From contig CM120640.1 in the NCBI GenBank assembly GCA_051362555.1, positions 15,066,001 to 15,130,000 on the forward strand: a DNA stretch of 64,000 nucleotides, written 5' to 3'. Each line of letters opens with the position of its first letter. The first letter of the stretch is position 1. The stretch is from Lingula anatina. Its lineage: Eukaryota; Animalia; Brachiopoda. This document shows positions 24,860 through 40,127 of this stretch, piece by piece. A program made the position numbers and the translations under genes. Below the pieces are notes generated by a model, which searched no databases, was not told the DNA's origin, and saw only the letters and a list, made by a program, of their open reading frames with translations.

Positions 24860-27800
24860 GGTAGTACCTTTGCTACTGGTGTTTTCTGAAAATTATGAAA
24901 CATTCCGCAGAAACCTTCAACGGATGACCGGCGCTCTTGTCTAATACTACTGTGAAACAAATTGTTTACGCACGCTGCACTTACGTCTGTGCCGCCTTTC
25001 AGTGTTGCGTTTTTTTCCGTCTTCCATTTTACTTGGGTTTCAGTGTGTTTTAATCTGTGAACCAGATAACACGCATTTAGGACTGGTCCACTTTTCATCT
25101 CCGTGAGAAACAGTATCGGTTTTGACCATCCAAATATTTTGACTGAAAACTGAGTTGTTTTGGTGCACCACTCCATTCAAGAAACTTGACTCCGTGAAAA
25201 ATTAAACAAACTCATTTGACTCAGTTTACACGTTTTGTGGGCGCACACAACATCGTGGTCCAAGTGAGCAAATATTGGTGATTTAGAGAAAAAAGACTAA
25301 GCATTGAGGTGTCATTGTGAGGAAATTATCGCCAAGTGTTTCCCGTGAAAAGCGCTCAATGCTGACCACTCACATAATCAAGTAATAACAGTGCCGTAAA
25401 CTTCGTGCTTACCTGCCTGGCTAGGCCCCAAAGCATTTTGCCCGCGGACACGTAATCTCTGCCCCGGGGCTGCATTTTCAGCCGAACTCGGGCGTTTTCT
25501 TAAGTATCCCTTATTCACGTAGTAACGACTCTTTTAAAAGGCCAGCCAGAATCTAAGTGCGTACTCTAATGTGGCGGCATTGTAATGCTGATTATTCTGG
25601 CGTAACTGTATTGTACACCACACGAATATTGAATATCATTTGAATATTTCTCCAACCTGATATGACTTCAGCACATTTCGTATCAAATTACTAAAGCAAA
25701 CATCTCGTCGGACAGGACGGAGATGACGAACTTACTTGTTCTATGGTCTATATAACACGGCGACCCTTCCTTATCTCGACTGCCAAGATAACATCGAAAC
25801 CATCATAAATTATAGGCAAGCATCTTACTGTTTTTTTATCTCCATTTTTCACAATGTTTCAACACAAGCGCTTTGCAGTATAAAGAGGTGGAACATGCAA
25901 CAGCAGAATTTTCGACATTCTAATGGAGGACTTGCACGCAAATTCAAAAAAAAAAAAAAAAAAAAGGATGAATTCCATATTATAAACAATTATCGTGAAC
26001 TTAGCATTATTGCTTAAGGTACGCAGCGTTTGCACAAACGGTTCCACCCTGCCTGGTTCTCTATTGTAAAAAAAGGTTAAAAGCCTCGGTCTCCTTTTCT
26101 CGTGATATTTGCAGTGTCAAAATGTCAGGTGAGGAGTTAATATCAGCCACGGCAAATGCAAACAAAATGTGAATTGGTTTCACTAAGGCACGACTACAGG
26201 AACAAAACCTCAAAGGAAGACTTGATGCCATAAAAAGGCAGTGAAGACCACGAACTCGTTTACAAAATGAAATTTGATTGAAAAGAAGAACAGTCAAATT
26301 TAATTGAAAACAAGAAGAAGAAAAGTCCAAATAACCTCACGCACTTCCATTTATGAAATCTATTTAATGTACTTTTATTCTTTTAAATGCCTGGATCTAG
26401 AGCTGAATCACAAGAACATTACAGCAAAATTCTGGAGTATATATAGGTTTTGTATAAGGGAAAGAAACAGCAACCTCTCTCTCTCTCTCTCTCTTTTGTG
26501 TGTTTCTTGCCTTGACCCCCTGCACACTTTAGAGCCAATTAGTTCTAGTATAATTCTCACGTCCGTAATTTCAGATGATCATTAAAATTGCGGTGGAAAG
26601 GTTACAATTCCAAACCTTGTAATGATCTCTGGTTAAGAATATTTTTTTGCTGTACCTGTCAATCAAAGGAGAGAAAAACGACTTTTAAGCGGTGTGAATT
26701 TATTATATTACTAGATGGTAATGCTTTTGTCCCACGAGAGCCCCTTCACGGGTCGAAATATTTTGATCGCATGAGTTATGAGGACAGGAAGTTCGTCCAT
26801 ACATAAATGATATAATTACCTATTTGATCACACAAAAATGCCCACTTCTTTCCCAACCTCTCCTGTATAACCGGCTCAGTTGAAGTCTCGCTTATTAATG
26901 AAACAGTTACTAAAGGCGGATCCTTAGTACAAGTTTAAGTATATAGGAAAACAGTAAGAAATGCACCCATTGACCTCACCTCGTAATCATGTGACAGTCC
27001 CTTCAGTACCCGCAGAAATTTCCGACAGACAATGTCTTTTTGGTTGGTTATATGGTATAAATACTTAGGGAGCCACCGGTTTTCTTCCAATTCAGTGAAC
27101 TCTTGTCGTCAATTAAGTTGAAATGTCCGGTCCGTCCAACTTTAGAACAACAAATCAAAAACAACACTGTTACTACTCTTCTTTTGTACGTCGGCTTGCT
27201 ACCTGACACTCTCGAATAAAATCAAAAGACAACAATCTTCAAACTCAAATTATTTTTCTTACCTTGGTATTACTCGTACAGCTGAAAGAACCCAAAGATT
27301 TCCTATTTACAGACGAAAATTACTACTTCTACCGAATTAGATATTCTCTTTTAACAGCTGAGCCTTAATCTATCGCAATTTCCCATCGTTCAATTGGCTG
27401 GTTCATTGTCAATCACTTAACCACATTAAACTAAATAAATGACTAACATACATTTCTTTTGATATAAAAGAACCAACCAAGAAAACTTAAACAAGAGCAA
27501 AATAGATCCAACGTGGGGAAAGAAAAGCAGTGCTAGGCATTTGATGCTAGATTATAGAGTTGATACAATAAATTGCTTTCCAAACACAAATATGTTGGCC
27601 CGGGTTTCTTGACGAGTGAGCAGACAGAGGCAGCGCTTGTAAGGGTTTGTTTGGTTTGAATTCAAAGGTGAATTATCATTTTGTATGGATCAGTACATAT
27701 GTAGTTTTCCGACACAGGTGGCCATCTGACTTCCAGTTGAAAACATCGGGGTGATATTCATCGTGCCGTGTTGTGCTTTATGGGTTTTGAAAGTTCGCAA

Positions 27801-30800
27801 TTGGAGCCAAATTAGGACCGGGTGTTCGTAACCTCCCATAAATTTTACAACACAAAACCCCAGGTGTAGAGACCCACCTTTCTGTTCAGAAAACATGGCG
27901 CTTTTTAAGTGGGTGTTTTGTTTCTCTTCTTTATTTTCTTTTAAAAATCGCAAGGGAGAAAAGAGTTTATTGCTTTGCGCACACCCTTAAACTGGCAAAC
28001 GCCCCGCGAGCACGTGCAGGCATTCAAACTTTAAGTGATCGCAAGATTTCATTTGAAAGACGCATAATGTCTACCCGGCAGTTCCAGCACAATAAAAGGG
28101 CGACATATTCATTATACACAATGTGAAACCGTAAATTACGCACGCGGTTTCATGGTCCTTTAAATCCCTTGTGAAATTAAGACAAAATTAACTAAAAAGT
28201 ATAGACAATCGAAAATTGTGTACACGAATTTGTTTGCATTGATCACAAAATCGATCTCTAATGGACCAATTAATAATATTATTAAGATATCTCAGGGGGC
28301 GAGGTCGAATTAATCATGCTTAGCGTTAAAACTCAATTTTGTTCTTCAGATGTGGGTTCGGTAATTATGAGGCATAGAGTGCAAACCCAAAATCGCTATC
28401 ACAAACAAACTTTGCCCGTCCTTAGTGAATACATAAGTTTCCCGAGGCAGGGACTGGCTTAACGATGTTATGCTAACTTACAGAAGAAAATGGTCACAAA
28501 AATAAAATCCACCTTTTGTACAAGGTGTAATGTCATGTTGATCAATTTAGTTGGCGATAGACTAAGAGTTAAGAGACGCCAGCAATGAATTGGTGCGACC
28601 ATTTTAACCCTGACATCGTTTGGTGGTCGAAAGTAATGTAGCGGAATCAAGATACAAGGAAACTACTAAGTGGACAAGCTGAGGCAAATCTCGTGTTCAT
28701 CGGCCATTCAATTGTCCGAATAAAACGGATATTCTGGTTGTATCAGTACATGCCATCCGTGAATGATATTAGAGTATACTTCCCGAACATCAAGTTAAAT
28801 GGGACCATTGACCCGTCTATCAGAATGTCTTTTATTACAGTTGTGCAAACGACGCCGAAAAAAAGGGGGGGAAGCAAAATTTCTGCCGATAGAGGTCGTG
28901 ATAAGCGGATGACGTACGGTGCGCACTGCAGCGTTTACGCAACGCGTCATTAACCAAAGAACACAGAGCCAAAAAATACGCTCCTGCTTTAACAAATACG
29001 TTGGAAAACGGCATTTTGATTTGCTTTTAAATGCGACTTTAATGAAATCAGCCTACAGTCTATGGGCCACGGTGCCAGCAATTAATCTAAAACTCAAATG
29101 ACAGGCAACTAGACAGGGGAATGACAGGACTGTCATAATCGACGTTATTAATGCAGACTGTGAGAGGTCGTTTTGCTCTTGTCACGACACTTTACAGGCA
29201 CATGATGAGCGTTGGATCTAGTAAAATTTGATTTTCCCGAAAATTTCAACACTTTTCCATTATTCACCACCAAGGTATACCATATTTGAAGCAGTTGAAA
29301 AAATGATCATCTACAAACCGTCTTTTGGTTCCAGGTTTCTAGTTTTTGAGCCGCTTTCGTAATGAAGAAAAAGACTGGCGAGGCTTTGAAAGCTAAAAAA
29401 ATATATAAATTTACTCGAAAACAGGTTTGAGGTCGCAATTTTCTCAGCGGTTTTGAATATAGTAAAAATTGGTGTTAAAGCAAAAAAAAAAAAAAAAAAA
29501 ATTCCAAGCATTTTTGCTACGTATGTAAAGTTTTAAAGCACACTGAATGTTGCATGTCTTTATAGTAGGCCTACCCCGCTCATTGTTATATTATTCATGG
29601 CGATTACCAGGCTCAATCCTCCTTCGAAGTTTATGTTAGAAGACTTTTTTACAGTCTGTAAATGAAAAAAATCCTGATGGTTATCATAGATGCCCTATGC
29701 TTAAACATCTAACGCCTTTTTTGTAGCACAATAAGTCTAAACGGACAAACAAGTAATAATAAAAACACAAAGTATCGTCAAGAAATATTATATGCAAATG
29801 ATGTGATTTAGAGAAATTCCATATGTGTTTTTTATGCCAGCGAGCAAAGACAAAGTATTTTTGTAATTCAAATATTTTTCTTTGGGGTATCACAAGTGTG
29901 AGCTCTACATGGATACCAACACAACAACGGCCTCTAACACCCGTGGCCTTTGTAAAGCCAGGAATGTTTTCTCAAGTTCTCGTGAATTTATGTAAGGAAA
30001 TGATCGAATTACGTAGTTTTCAACAAACACTTTCCAGACTTTCAGAAAACTGCATTCGTTTTTCAGAATTTTTACCTTGTCCCTCGGGCAAAGGTCATGG
30101 CGTTTTATGAATAGCTGAAAAAACTTCAAAAACTCAAAAAAATTTAAAAAAATGACCATAGGGTTAACCATAATACAATTGCTCTTCTGTACCAGAGTGC
30201 AATATTAAGAAAAAAAGTGCAGCCATGGGAAATACGCTATACCATTAGCTCTCCTAAATTACAACGCAAACTTGAATAAGTGCTTGGCAAAGATAACGCC
30301 AGTTGACAAAACAGCATCGTACTAATATGTAACAAGGCAACAAGTTGGGTCTCTCGAAGCGTATGGTACAGTCAATAAAAACTTTTGACACTACAATGAA
30401 CCGGGTTAAAATGCTTCGGAGAAGACGCAAATTTTTCTCTCGCCTCACTTGTTTGCTTTCCGCGGCGGAACATGTCCGGAAGAACTCTAGTAAAATAACA
30501 ACACGCCCTCTCCTCACATCATTTAGCGTCGTAACTTTGATTAATGGCATCCCAAACCAAAGGTTACCGTATTCAATGTGGCTGATCTGTGCTGGGATAT
30601 TAGTTTACGTTTCACCTATACAAAACAACACCTAATCTTCGTCTATCTGAAATTGTAATGATTCTTAATAGTTTTCTTGTGTTGTTCCGCTATTGTGCGA
30701 AACGCGGATCGCACCGGGTTTTTTCTTCGCATATTTGGATCCCTGATGCTTTTCGCTCACCTGTAGAGTCTAATAACGGTTGTTGCATGTAAGTTATCTT

Positions 30801-33800
30801 CCACCACACGCACTCATACGGGCGACACAGACGCTGACTGCGTAGCGTGACCGGACAACAAGTAACGTTTAGTCCCCATCTAAAACATCAAAGCGCCGGG
30901 CTAAGGTTTCAATTTGTAAGCTAATGTAACCGAGCCGTATAATTTTTCAGATGTTGTAAAATGTGTTTTCAGACGAAGATAGACCTTTTTAGTGGTATTC
31001 GAAACGTTTTTCGTTGTTTGTCGCGACAGTTGAGACAAACCAAGGTTGAGCGAGGGACAGGGTTCGTCACATGAGACCAGCGGCAGAACGGAGATAGGAC
31101 ATGCGCGTGTGCCAAAAACGGGTAAACTAACCACTAAACGATTGCAAGATCCCCTATCTTCTTTTAGCAACAAAACAAAACAAAAATGTTTCAATAAACA
31201 CCGCCCAAAGTCAAATAACCAACGCAGATCCAGCCCACTCCTCGAATGTTTGAGATCGAAACAAAAACAAAAATGCTGTTTGTTGGTTCTCTAAGGTTAC
31301 AGATATGAGGCCATTCGAATCCGGTGTCTGTTCTTAATTCTGGGGACATACTTTGCAGACTGACGCATTAGATTGAAGCATGAATCTAATTAAAGAAAAT
31401 ATGTCACTTAAAAACCTCAAAGAAAAGTTTTGGGTTAATCTACATATGGATCAATAAACATCTTTCATTGACAAATTAAATAAATGCCATTGCGGTAGAA
31501 TAATATAAGACACACTAAATAACCAATTTGTCAATAAAGTCATTCTGGTTTGCCGGAAGAAAAATAAACTTTTCACATAATTTTATCAAAGGAAATAAGA
31601 GAAAGAAAAATTCATCCTTTGTCTTCTGTGTAGCAGGTAAAGTGCACATACCTTGGTTCACGGAATTTCACTAGTACAAATTCTTGCGGGAATGTCTTTG
31701 GAGCTCAGATTCCAAATCGGAGTTTCATTACTAATTGTCTGAGGCAGGGAGATATGGCAGGGCCGTTGCGAAGATTTACAGTTATCTCCAGACGTTTTAC
31801 AAACCGTGCTTTGATATCCAAGAGAAGAGCACCTGGATTAAAACGCGGGTGTAATTAGAAGCCAATTAATATCCTGATTCTTAGTGCCCCGTCTCCCAGT
31901 GTCCACTGCAGTTCTTTAGAACTCGGTAATAAAAACAGTCAATGAAAAATAACAGTGCCAGACCCTCGGGCTCCAAGGCCGACTGTCTTTCCCTGAAACA
32001 ACACACTTCAACTATTCCACAGTGTAAACTGCTACCTCAGGAAGGAATTTCTTTGGAAAAACACATAAAACGGCATGCTGACGCAGAAAAATAAATGTAT
32101 CGGAGACAGAGTAAATTCTCTGCAACTGATTCAACCTGTCTCGAAGTTTTGTTTCCATTATCTGCTGCGGAAGGTCGGGAAAGGGGGTCAGATGTTTGGT
32201 AAATGAACACCACCTTTTCGTCCTGGATTATGAAGACTCTTTCTTTGCCTGTTTGGTTAAGGAAGTTTTTTCCTTTAACCAGCATCCGTGGAGCAAAATA
32301 GCTAAATGAAGTAAATGGATACAAGACATGTTAGTCTTTAACTACCCTGAACCTATGCACGCACACGCCTGGGTCGTTATTGTAGAGGATAGAATAAATG
32401 AGGAGGCATTTGTGAGTTGTTTAGGTAATAATCTTTTAGACAGCAAATGGTTGAAAACTGGCATGTTTTCTGCTCCAGCGACAAAAGTGACGCTGAGACG
32501 AGAAAGCACAGCTCTGTGTACCTGTTTAACATTTTCCTGAAGCGTTTCGGGGTCCGGTCATGTTTGCAGGTCACTGCGGGTCTTCTTGTTACGCAGAAAT
32601 TAAATATTCCTAATCCTAAGTAAACGCCAATAGACAGATCCCCATTCACGCAAGGACGTGCTTTTTCAACATAATTGCTTCTTGCATGTTCTGGCAAGAC
32701 GAGTAGGGGGCTTGTATATAAGGAATGTTAAAGAAACGTCACATGAGAATTATAGTTTTTTGAAGGGATAATCAACAGTCAACGATTTAATCTGAAGCCA
32801 AGGGAGGAGTCGCCGATACCCTAAGCCCACATAAGCGCCTTCCACTAGTGTAAAGAGATCCGACTTTCTCTTGGGATATTTACCCTCTCAAAGCTTGATC
32901 CGACGAAAACGCACCGTTTGTGTGCGTTTTGTACCGTCAAGTGGGGAGACGAGCGGTTTGTCAAGATTCTTCACGTGCGCCGTTCCAAGTGTATTCAATG
33001 GGAAAAAATGGGTCATAATTGTTCATTTCCTACTCTTGAGTCACGATGGTTTGTTTTCTATAAATGGAAAACACGGACTTCAAGAGGCCTTTAAACAGCT
33101 TATCAGAATTGAATACGAAAGAAATAAACGAAATTAAAACTCATCTAAGGGGCCTTGAATTTTCAAGATACTTGTGAAGACTCCCTATAAAATCTTGTCC
33201 CTTTTCAAGTTTGAAAGTGTCGAATGTGGTGTCGTGGGAAGTGAAAACACACCCCGCAGGTGTGCAGCGTGAGGTCCACTAATTTGGCGTAATAAAGATC
33301 TCCTCAGCTTAATATAAGTCCATTTACAGTGGTAATGGTGATGTGATTGCTATGTTATTTCCTAATAACTGTAAAGGTGCGTATTTAGTGAATTGGAGAG
33401 CTTGCTCAAACTCGACACCCAGACAATTTTCAAAAACTTGTGTAATTTTCAGCACTGTTGATAATGAAGTAATAATAGCGGACCCCATGTGATCGATCCG
33501 TTTTTCCCCTCAAGTGAAGATTCATTTAGGCAATGCAAGAAGTCAATTATGCAAGACGCGGTTAAATAGCCTAAAATTTAACACATTTTTCTACTTGGCA
33601 ATGTTGTGCTTTCAAACTCAATCTAAGAAAACCGTACACTTTCTGCAAATAATGTTTTAACTATTGATTCCAAAAGACATGAATACCCTTACGTCACAGG
33701 TGAAAAGCGCATTCTCGATTTGTTCACTCGTTTCCCTACATTAATAGCAGTTATCCAACAGAAGGGCGGCGATATATTTCTCAGGTTCACGTCTAAAGTG

Positions 33801-36800
33801 CCTGTAAAGAAAGCACCCAGACCAATAGCTTCAAGGGGTTTAAATGGTGAACATGAAACACACGGCTGAAGGGGAAACATCATGTTATTCGAAATTCAAC
33901 ATTAGTGGTACAGCTAGGTGTCTCGTATTCACTTCAGGCACCTCAACTGCATTAACAGAACAGCCCTTCTCATAGCAAGAGGGACTTGTTCTTGCATATT
34001 TTAATCGTGTACTCAACAAGCAGCTGTCCTGCAAACACTTGCCTTGAGATTAGGAATGGGGAAAAGTTCGCGAAGCCGCTGATAAAAATCAATTGTGTCC
34101 GAATTAGCCATCGCACCTGCCCGCTGATATAGCCGCTGTCGGCCCCTAAGATACAAGCTTATTGTACACTGTGATATCTCTATTTTAGGGTCCATTTCTA
34201 TGTCAATAAACTAGCTCTTCACGCCAATGTAAACTCCTGTTTGAACACTGATATTTGTGTGCAATACTTAATTGAGATGCAATAATAGATGCGTAATTTT
34301 AGGTACGCTGCTTGTTTTAGCAGTAAGCCGTTAATGATCCATCAGATTGCTCTCATTACATGGCGTCCTGAATTTGTATCATGTTACAATCGATTCCTAA
34401 TATTCTCCATGATGAAAACTGAAAGTTAAATGCAGCATAATTCTCTCGAATTTCCATGTATTAAGTGGCTCCAATTAATTAATGGGAGTCGTCCTTGGTG
34501 CAGTATGCTTGTTGAAATATTTCAGATTACACTCTTGAATATAAATCGTGAACCACTCTTTGATCTTCATTAATTCAACAGTCGAAATGAGCAAAGCTTT
34601 TGCACGCCACAAAAGTCGAAAGCAGAGGGTAATTCATTTATTCAAGTTAGTGCCATTATGCTTGTCTTGTTAGTCACTTTTCCAATGTGTCCATATTTGT
34701 TGTTCGTGACTGATAATACTAGGGGGTTACACCATATTACGGTGCTGTAGTGATCGTTATGTAAGGTTCTAAAGGGTGCTAAAAGGCATCAAAGTCACCT
34801 CAGAAAATTGTATTGTTCTGTTAAATTTTCCTTTATATAATTCCCTCCAGCGGATACTTCAATGAAGTAGATTTAAAATAATATCTCAGCTTGCTTCGAG
34901 ACAGCCTTCATTTCCCAACAGTGTCAACAGAGATATACATTAGAGCCGGGCAATAAACGTCACCCGTTCAATCACATGGGTGGAAATAACGGTGATAAAA
35001 ATAAGACACGGTGAAAGCTAAACTGGGACATGGCCATTAAGTTTGATACAAAAACATCATTAGAATTATATTAAATAAGTTGGATTCGTCCCTCGACAGA
35101 TTTGGCCGGCGTTAACTGATCTTGGTCACAGTTGTCCGAAAATTCCAGTTACGAAATTCATATTTGGGGAATTGTTATTATAATCATGAATATACCAGTT
35201 TAAGTAACTTATTTTCTGTGAATAATAAATTACTATTTGGATAATTGTCAGGACAGTAAGCTCCGATTTAGTTTAACACAAAACGGTGAGAGTACTATGG
35301 AAAAATCACCATTCTTGCCATGGTGAAAACGGCAAAACTTGCTGTTGCTACACGGTGAAAAATATACTACACGTTGTTCAGCAACATTAAAAATCATTTC
35401 ACAAATATTCAGTACAAGCAAAATACAAACCGTAAAGAACACATTCACACCACAAACAATGAATCTCGGTTGTGTCGTGTGTGCCTCAGGAAAAAAAGTT
35501 GTCAGAAAAACGTCCCACCTACCTGTTAATTTATCGTGGATTATTTCTTTACAGGTAGTCCCTTTTTAAGTGGCCCAAAAGCGTTCCGTTTAAGTGGTTG
35601 TCTCTTGACTAGCCGCTGGAAGTTGTCTATCCAGTGAAATGACTGTCTCGTTAGTTTTATCACAGTTTATCCGCCAGGTAAGATAACCCTCGCAGTCGTC
35701 TCACCTGCGCGTCCAGCTGAGTGGCAACAGTTTATTTGAGAGGCTGTCCTAAACACGTCACGTGACACAGAGCCTCGCCGTAATTTCCTATCTTAATGCA
35801 GCGGCACGTCTACTATGAACCCTCCTTAGCCTCAGTTAAAGAGATATCAGCGGTAGGAGGGACGAGTTTGAAAGCATACCTTAAGAAAAAGTTTCATCAT
35901 CAATGATGGCAACTAAGACATTTAAACGCTTCTTATTCACGAAGAAAAACGCTTCCCAACTGATTAAACCCGTCTTCCCCCGAGTCCCTGGATTGAGGAC
36001 TGTGCTTAATTTTATGTACTCTCTCCCCAGGTTACTCAAGGAATTTTGGCCGCGCTATAATATTGTTTTTATTCAACCTCCGTGCCATTTAAAATATGTA
36101 AACAATAAAAACCCTTTGCTTCTGAATGCCAGCAAAACAAAGCGGAAACAAATGGCTAAATCTCCCAAATCCTGCTCGGAATCACAGAACATGCTACAGG
36201 TATGAAGAAAGAGTGGCCTATGTCCTGCAAATTCAACCTTAAGTCGCTAACTCAATCAGAGACAATTTATTTGTGTAACGACCGATGATTAAGGTTAAAA
36301 TGACTAGCCCAGTTACTCGCCCCCTCTATAAGAATGGCGGTATAAGGGAACAGATAGGGGAAATGCAAAAATTGCGTTCTCTTCGGAATTTAATTAATGA
36401 ATTTATCAGATGCTGAGTCACAGTTCTGAAGAACGAAAGGTTGTGTAGCAACACAGAGAAAAAAGCAAACACTTTTAACATTTAAAATTCGACTTAAAAT
36501 ATTAGTGATTTCCTTCAATTCTGAGTCTGCTTGTTTGAATGCCTACATATCTAGGATAAACGAAAATGCATGAGAATACATTTAAATATTTCGTCGTTGA
36601 TAATTTTGAAAGTTTTTTTATGTGTTTGAAGTAAATAATCTTAAGAATTGATGAAAGATGCCCTTGCGCATGGACACACGGTGACACACAGTGAAAAATC
36701 TGTTGACATGTCGTACCGGTCATGTTTTACCAATGTTTGGCCGCTCTTCAAGCCGTGTCAACTTTACCTTCGACATGGTCGCGACAGATTGGATGGAGAC

Positions 36801-37196
36801 AAGAAACGAACAACACAGGAAAAAACAACTGTGGGCATAAATGCAAATGTTAATCCTAAAGCAATCAGGACTCACTCAATATCAAACAAAGTCTTTGAAG
36901 GAGATTTATGCGGTAAATTAGCTGAGCCAACCTTACAAATGATTGGCACTTTCTTGATATGCCGGAAATATTTGAGCAGATATTCTTTGAATATTGCACG
37001 TTTGACCAACTGCTTCACATACTGAATATCGCAATGTTACTTAAGTATTTCGCTGAGCTACAAAGAGTAAACAGGACCACTTCGCACATATTATTGCAGC
37101 TTTAGAGTACTTCTATTGTGTAACTGAGAAATAGTTTGGTCAGTTTTCCTGTATTTGTTCCGAACTTCGATTTGATTTGAGATGATGAAACGCTAA

Positions 37197-37199
<3 letters not shown>

Positions 37200-37241
<42 letters not shown>
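37200..37241. repeat. (GA)n microsatellite
   Basis: Seen directly in the sequence. Confidence 0.95.
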
Positions 37242-37244
<3 letters not shown>

Positions 37245-39298
37245 GTATATTATAGAGAACGTAAAACCATCATATAACAGATGAATTACGATTATTGTTA
37301 CAAAACGTGCCAACAGTTTGTGTCGACGACTGCGTATCTGTCAATTAGTTGCAACGTTTCCCGTTCCAACGTGAACAAAAACACCTTTCCGACCGTCTCG
37401 AACAAATTGGCTGCCGACTGTTTGACGTAAGTACAAAATACATTCCATCCTCCCTACTTTGAACTGTTATCATAAGCAACGGCACGATTTATGTAGAATA
37501 TTTTACGTTTCATCATACCAGAAGGAACATCACTGTATCACTTGCATTCCAAGAAACTAAGTTGATAAGTGTACAAAAAGGATAAAAAAACGATACTTGG
37601 ACCTTGCGCCCATGTGGGAAAAGAATGTTTATTTTGCAAGATGTAAGTTTATTCGAAACATTCTAAAGCAGACAAACAATTCCAAGAACAATAAAAGCAA
37701 AAAATGGCAAACAGACCGAGGAATTCACCACTTGATTTTATGTATACTTTCATTGAAAGTGCAGTGTCTTCCGAGAACCACCCCGAGTTTCAGAGGACGC
37801 TGGAAACTCATGTCCCATCAGCATGACGCCGGGGTGCCCTCTCAGTGTCCCTTGCAACTCAGGGTGCTAAGAATCTAAGGTGGACATATTTAATATTGCC
37901 ATTTGTTATAAAGATCGGACATGGACTTTGCCGTAATATGTAAAGTGGTAGTATCCCGGGAGATGCGATAATCCGACAGGCAAACAGATTATAGACTTAC
38001 AGGTGTTCTTACGTTGAATATTCAGTACCATTTGGGATGCTTTATCAGAAAATTTACTTCTTATGGAAGTACAACTGAAAAGAATCCAGTTACAAAACAT
38101 GGGAGAACTTTGAATTAAACGATATTTGATCTTGTCCAAAACTTTGGTATTTAGTATCATCGGTAGAACTCTTAAGTGAACGAAGTAGAACGGAGTCAAA
38201 ACCGGGTTAATTATTTCATGAAATTCTGTAACAGTACCAAATGTGAACGTAAGCGGTTGCTGGTAGTGTCACAATCCGTAAAGGATAGAGTATGAGGGTC
38301 GTGGTGGCCAATTAAACCAATTTTCTTCTAAACACGCTCAGCTATTGCACGGAACTTCTGGTCTGGATTCCTTAAACCACGGGGAAGTTTTCCCAATATG
38401 CACGACACGTGCAAACCAAGAGGATAATTAATTGAATATTTTTAAACGCCAAGCGTCTTTAAAAGTTTTGATGAAAATTACATCGATTAAAGTGTGAAAT
38501 ATCATACGGGTAAAACTTTGAAGAAATATTTGCCGTAGCACATATTCAAGCGGTCATGTCCCTTTTGTTTCGGTACATTTCTCGCACCGTGTCTTGGCGC
38601 CAGGGCTGCCGGCAAGGCACCATTATCAGTGGTCAAATGTGTCACGCTCCTGCCTCGCCGTAGGTGTCAACTCCCCGGGCTCCTGGCCAGACATGATCGG
38701 ATTATCATTTATTTTTATTAATTTCGATAACAGCGTTCGATTAAGACGATACTTGCGGCATTTTGTTTGCTGATGTCTACTTGGGTCTTTCAAGGATTAT
38801 CGAGCCAAAATAGGGTTCTCCGAACTGTGTCTCATCCTCCGTGTCTTATTTTCGAATCACTCTTTTGTTGTTATCTGTCAGGTTACCTCTTGCACACACT
38901 TACATATCAGTAACAACTTACGGCAAATAGAGACGGCGCAATTGGCGAAAAAAAGAGATAAGGAGAGGCGGGAGAACAAACGAGTTGATGTGTTCTCGAG
39001 AGATTAAGGGCGATGAAGAGACTAGTAGGAAAAGGTAACGACCAACATAAAATTCAGAATTAAAAGGTGATCATCGATGGCGTAATAAAGAGAACAGGTA
39101 AGGCTTAGCAAACACTTAAGGAAACGATCGTTACTCTGAAGTGGTGCTCTAGGACCTCAGCTGGCAATTGCGGTAGCTGAGGGGGGTTCGTTCGCAGCCC
39201 ATTGCCACCGCTACAAATTCAAGAGCGTTACTCACAAGTGGCATGTTGCCATCCTATGTAAATGCTTGTTGTTACTTTGTCACTTCTTTCAAGTTTAA

Positions 39299-39791
39299 AG
39301 GCGCATTGGAAATGGGGATTTTGTGAAAGAAACACAGCATGTAAAATCGTATGTTAGGGAAGGCTCCAACACCAGGCCTAATCACCAGATGCAAAGAATG
39401 TTTCAGACGTATAGGCACAATAAATAAATAAATTAAATAGATAAATAAACGTTTGGTAAAGCACAATATGATTACAAATACTGAAGAAGGCTGCACAATA
39501 TTAAGGTTGAAAATTCGAAATGCTATAAAGTATATACAGACTACATAACTTTTTCCGCTTACTTTGCATGACTGTTGCGTAGGCATCTTGTACAAAATTC
39601 AGTGGTTCAAATTTTGTGACAGATCTCCATTATCATCACGAATATGAAGGCCTCATACCTAAAACTTAGAGGGTAAACCATTTTACATATTTATCTATAA
39701 TGGGATTTAAACCAATCCCAACAAGCGAAGTGAGAACTTGCAGAATCCTGATCATTAAAACACGTGTATTCACAAATCTCATGATGCCCTT
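39299..39791. mobile_element. Possible old TIR element
   Basis: Left TTAA-AGGCGCATTGGAAATGGGGATTTTGTGAA loosely mirrors right TTCACAAATCTCATGATGCCCTT; no intact right TSD. Confidence 0.3.
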
Positions 39792-40127
39792 GGACTTTGG
39801 GAAAGAACAGATCAACTGAGGGAGAGACGAGGTGGTGCTACCGAAACAGAAGTGCTCAAAAATATATATGGCAACACTTTAAACTTTTGCATATGCTTTC
39901 TCAATCATTAGCATTTCTGATCATTTTTTGAGGAAATAACACAAACAACGTATGTGTTCTTTTATATATTTGTGCATTATTCAAAAGTTTGTCAGTTTTT
40001 AATATGATACATGCATTCATTTTTCATGGAAACTGTTTTAAGAGTCATTCCATATCATTTTTTACTATTTTAAGTTACTACATTTCCAATCAACTTCTGT
40101 TGTTATAACTGCGTCTGAAAACATCTA

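Noticed and set aside
27056-27096. Plus-strand TATAAA followed by an Inr-like TCAGT
   Set aside because: The spacing is too long (~38 nt) and no plus-strand gene follows.
24158-28817. 14-mer ACCATTGACCCGTC occurring twice (nuclear-receptor half-site-like)
   Set aside because: About one such 14-mer pair is expected by chance in 23 kb.
17258-40127. Numerous 60-130 aa ORFs as a hidden gene, transposase/RT or CRISPR-like array
   Set aside because: No domain motifs, no chain of phase-compatible exons, and no regularly spaced repeats were seen.
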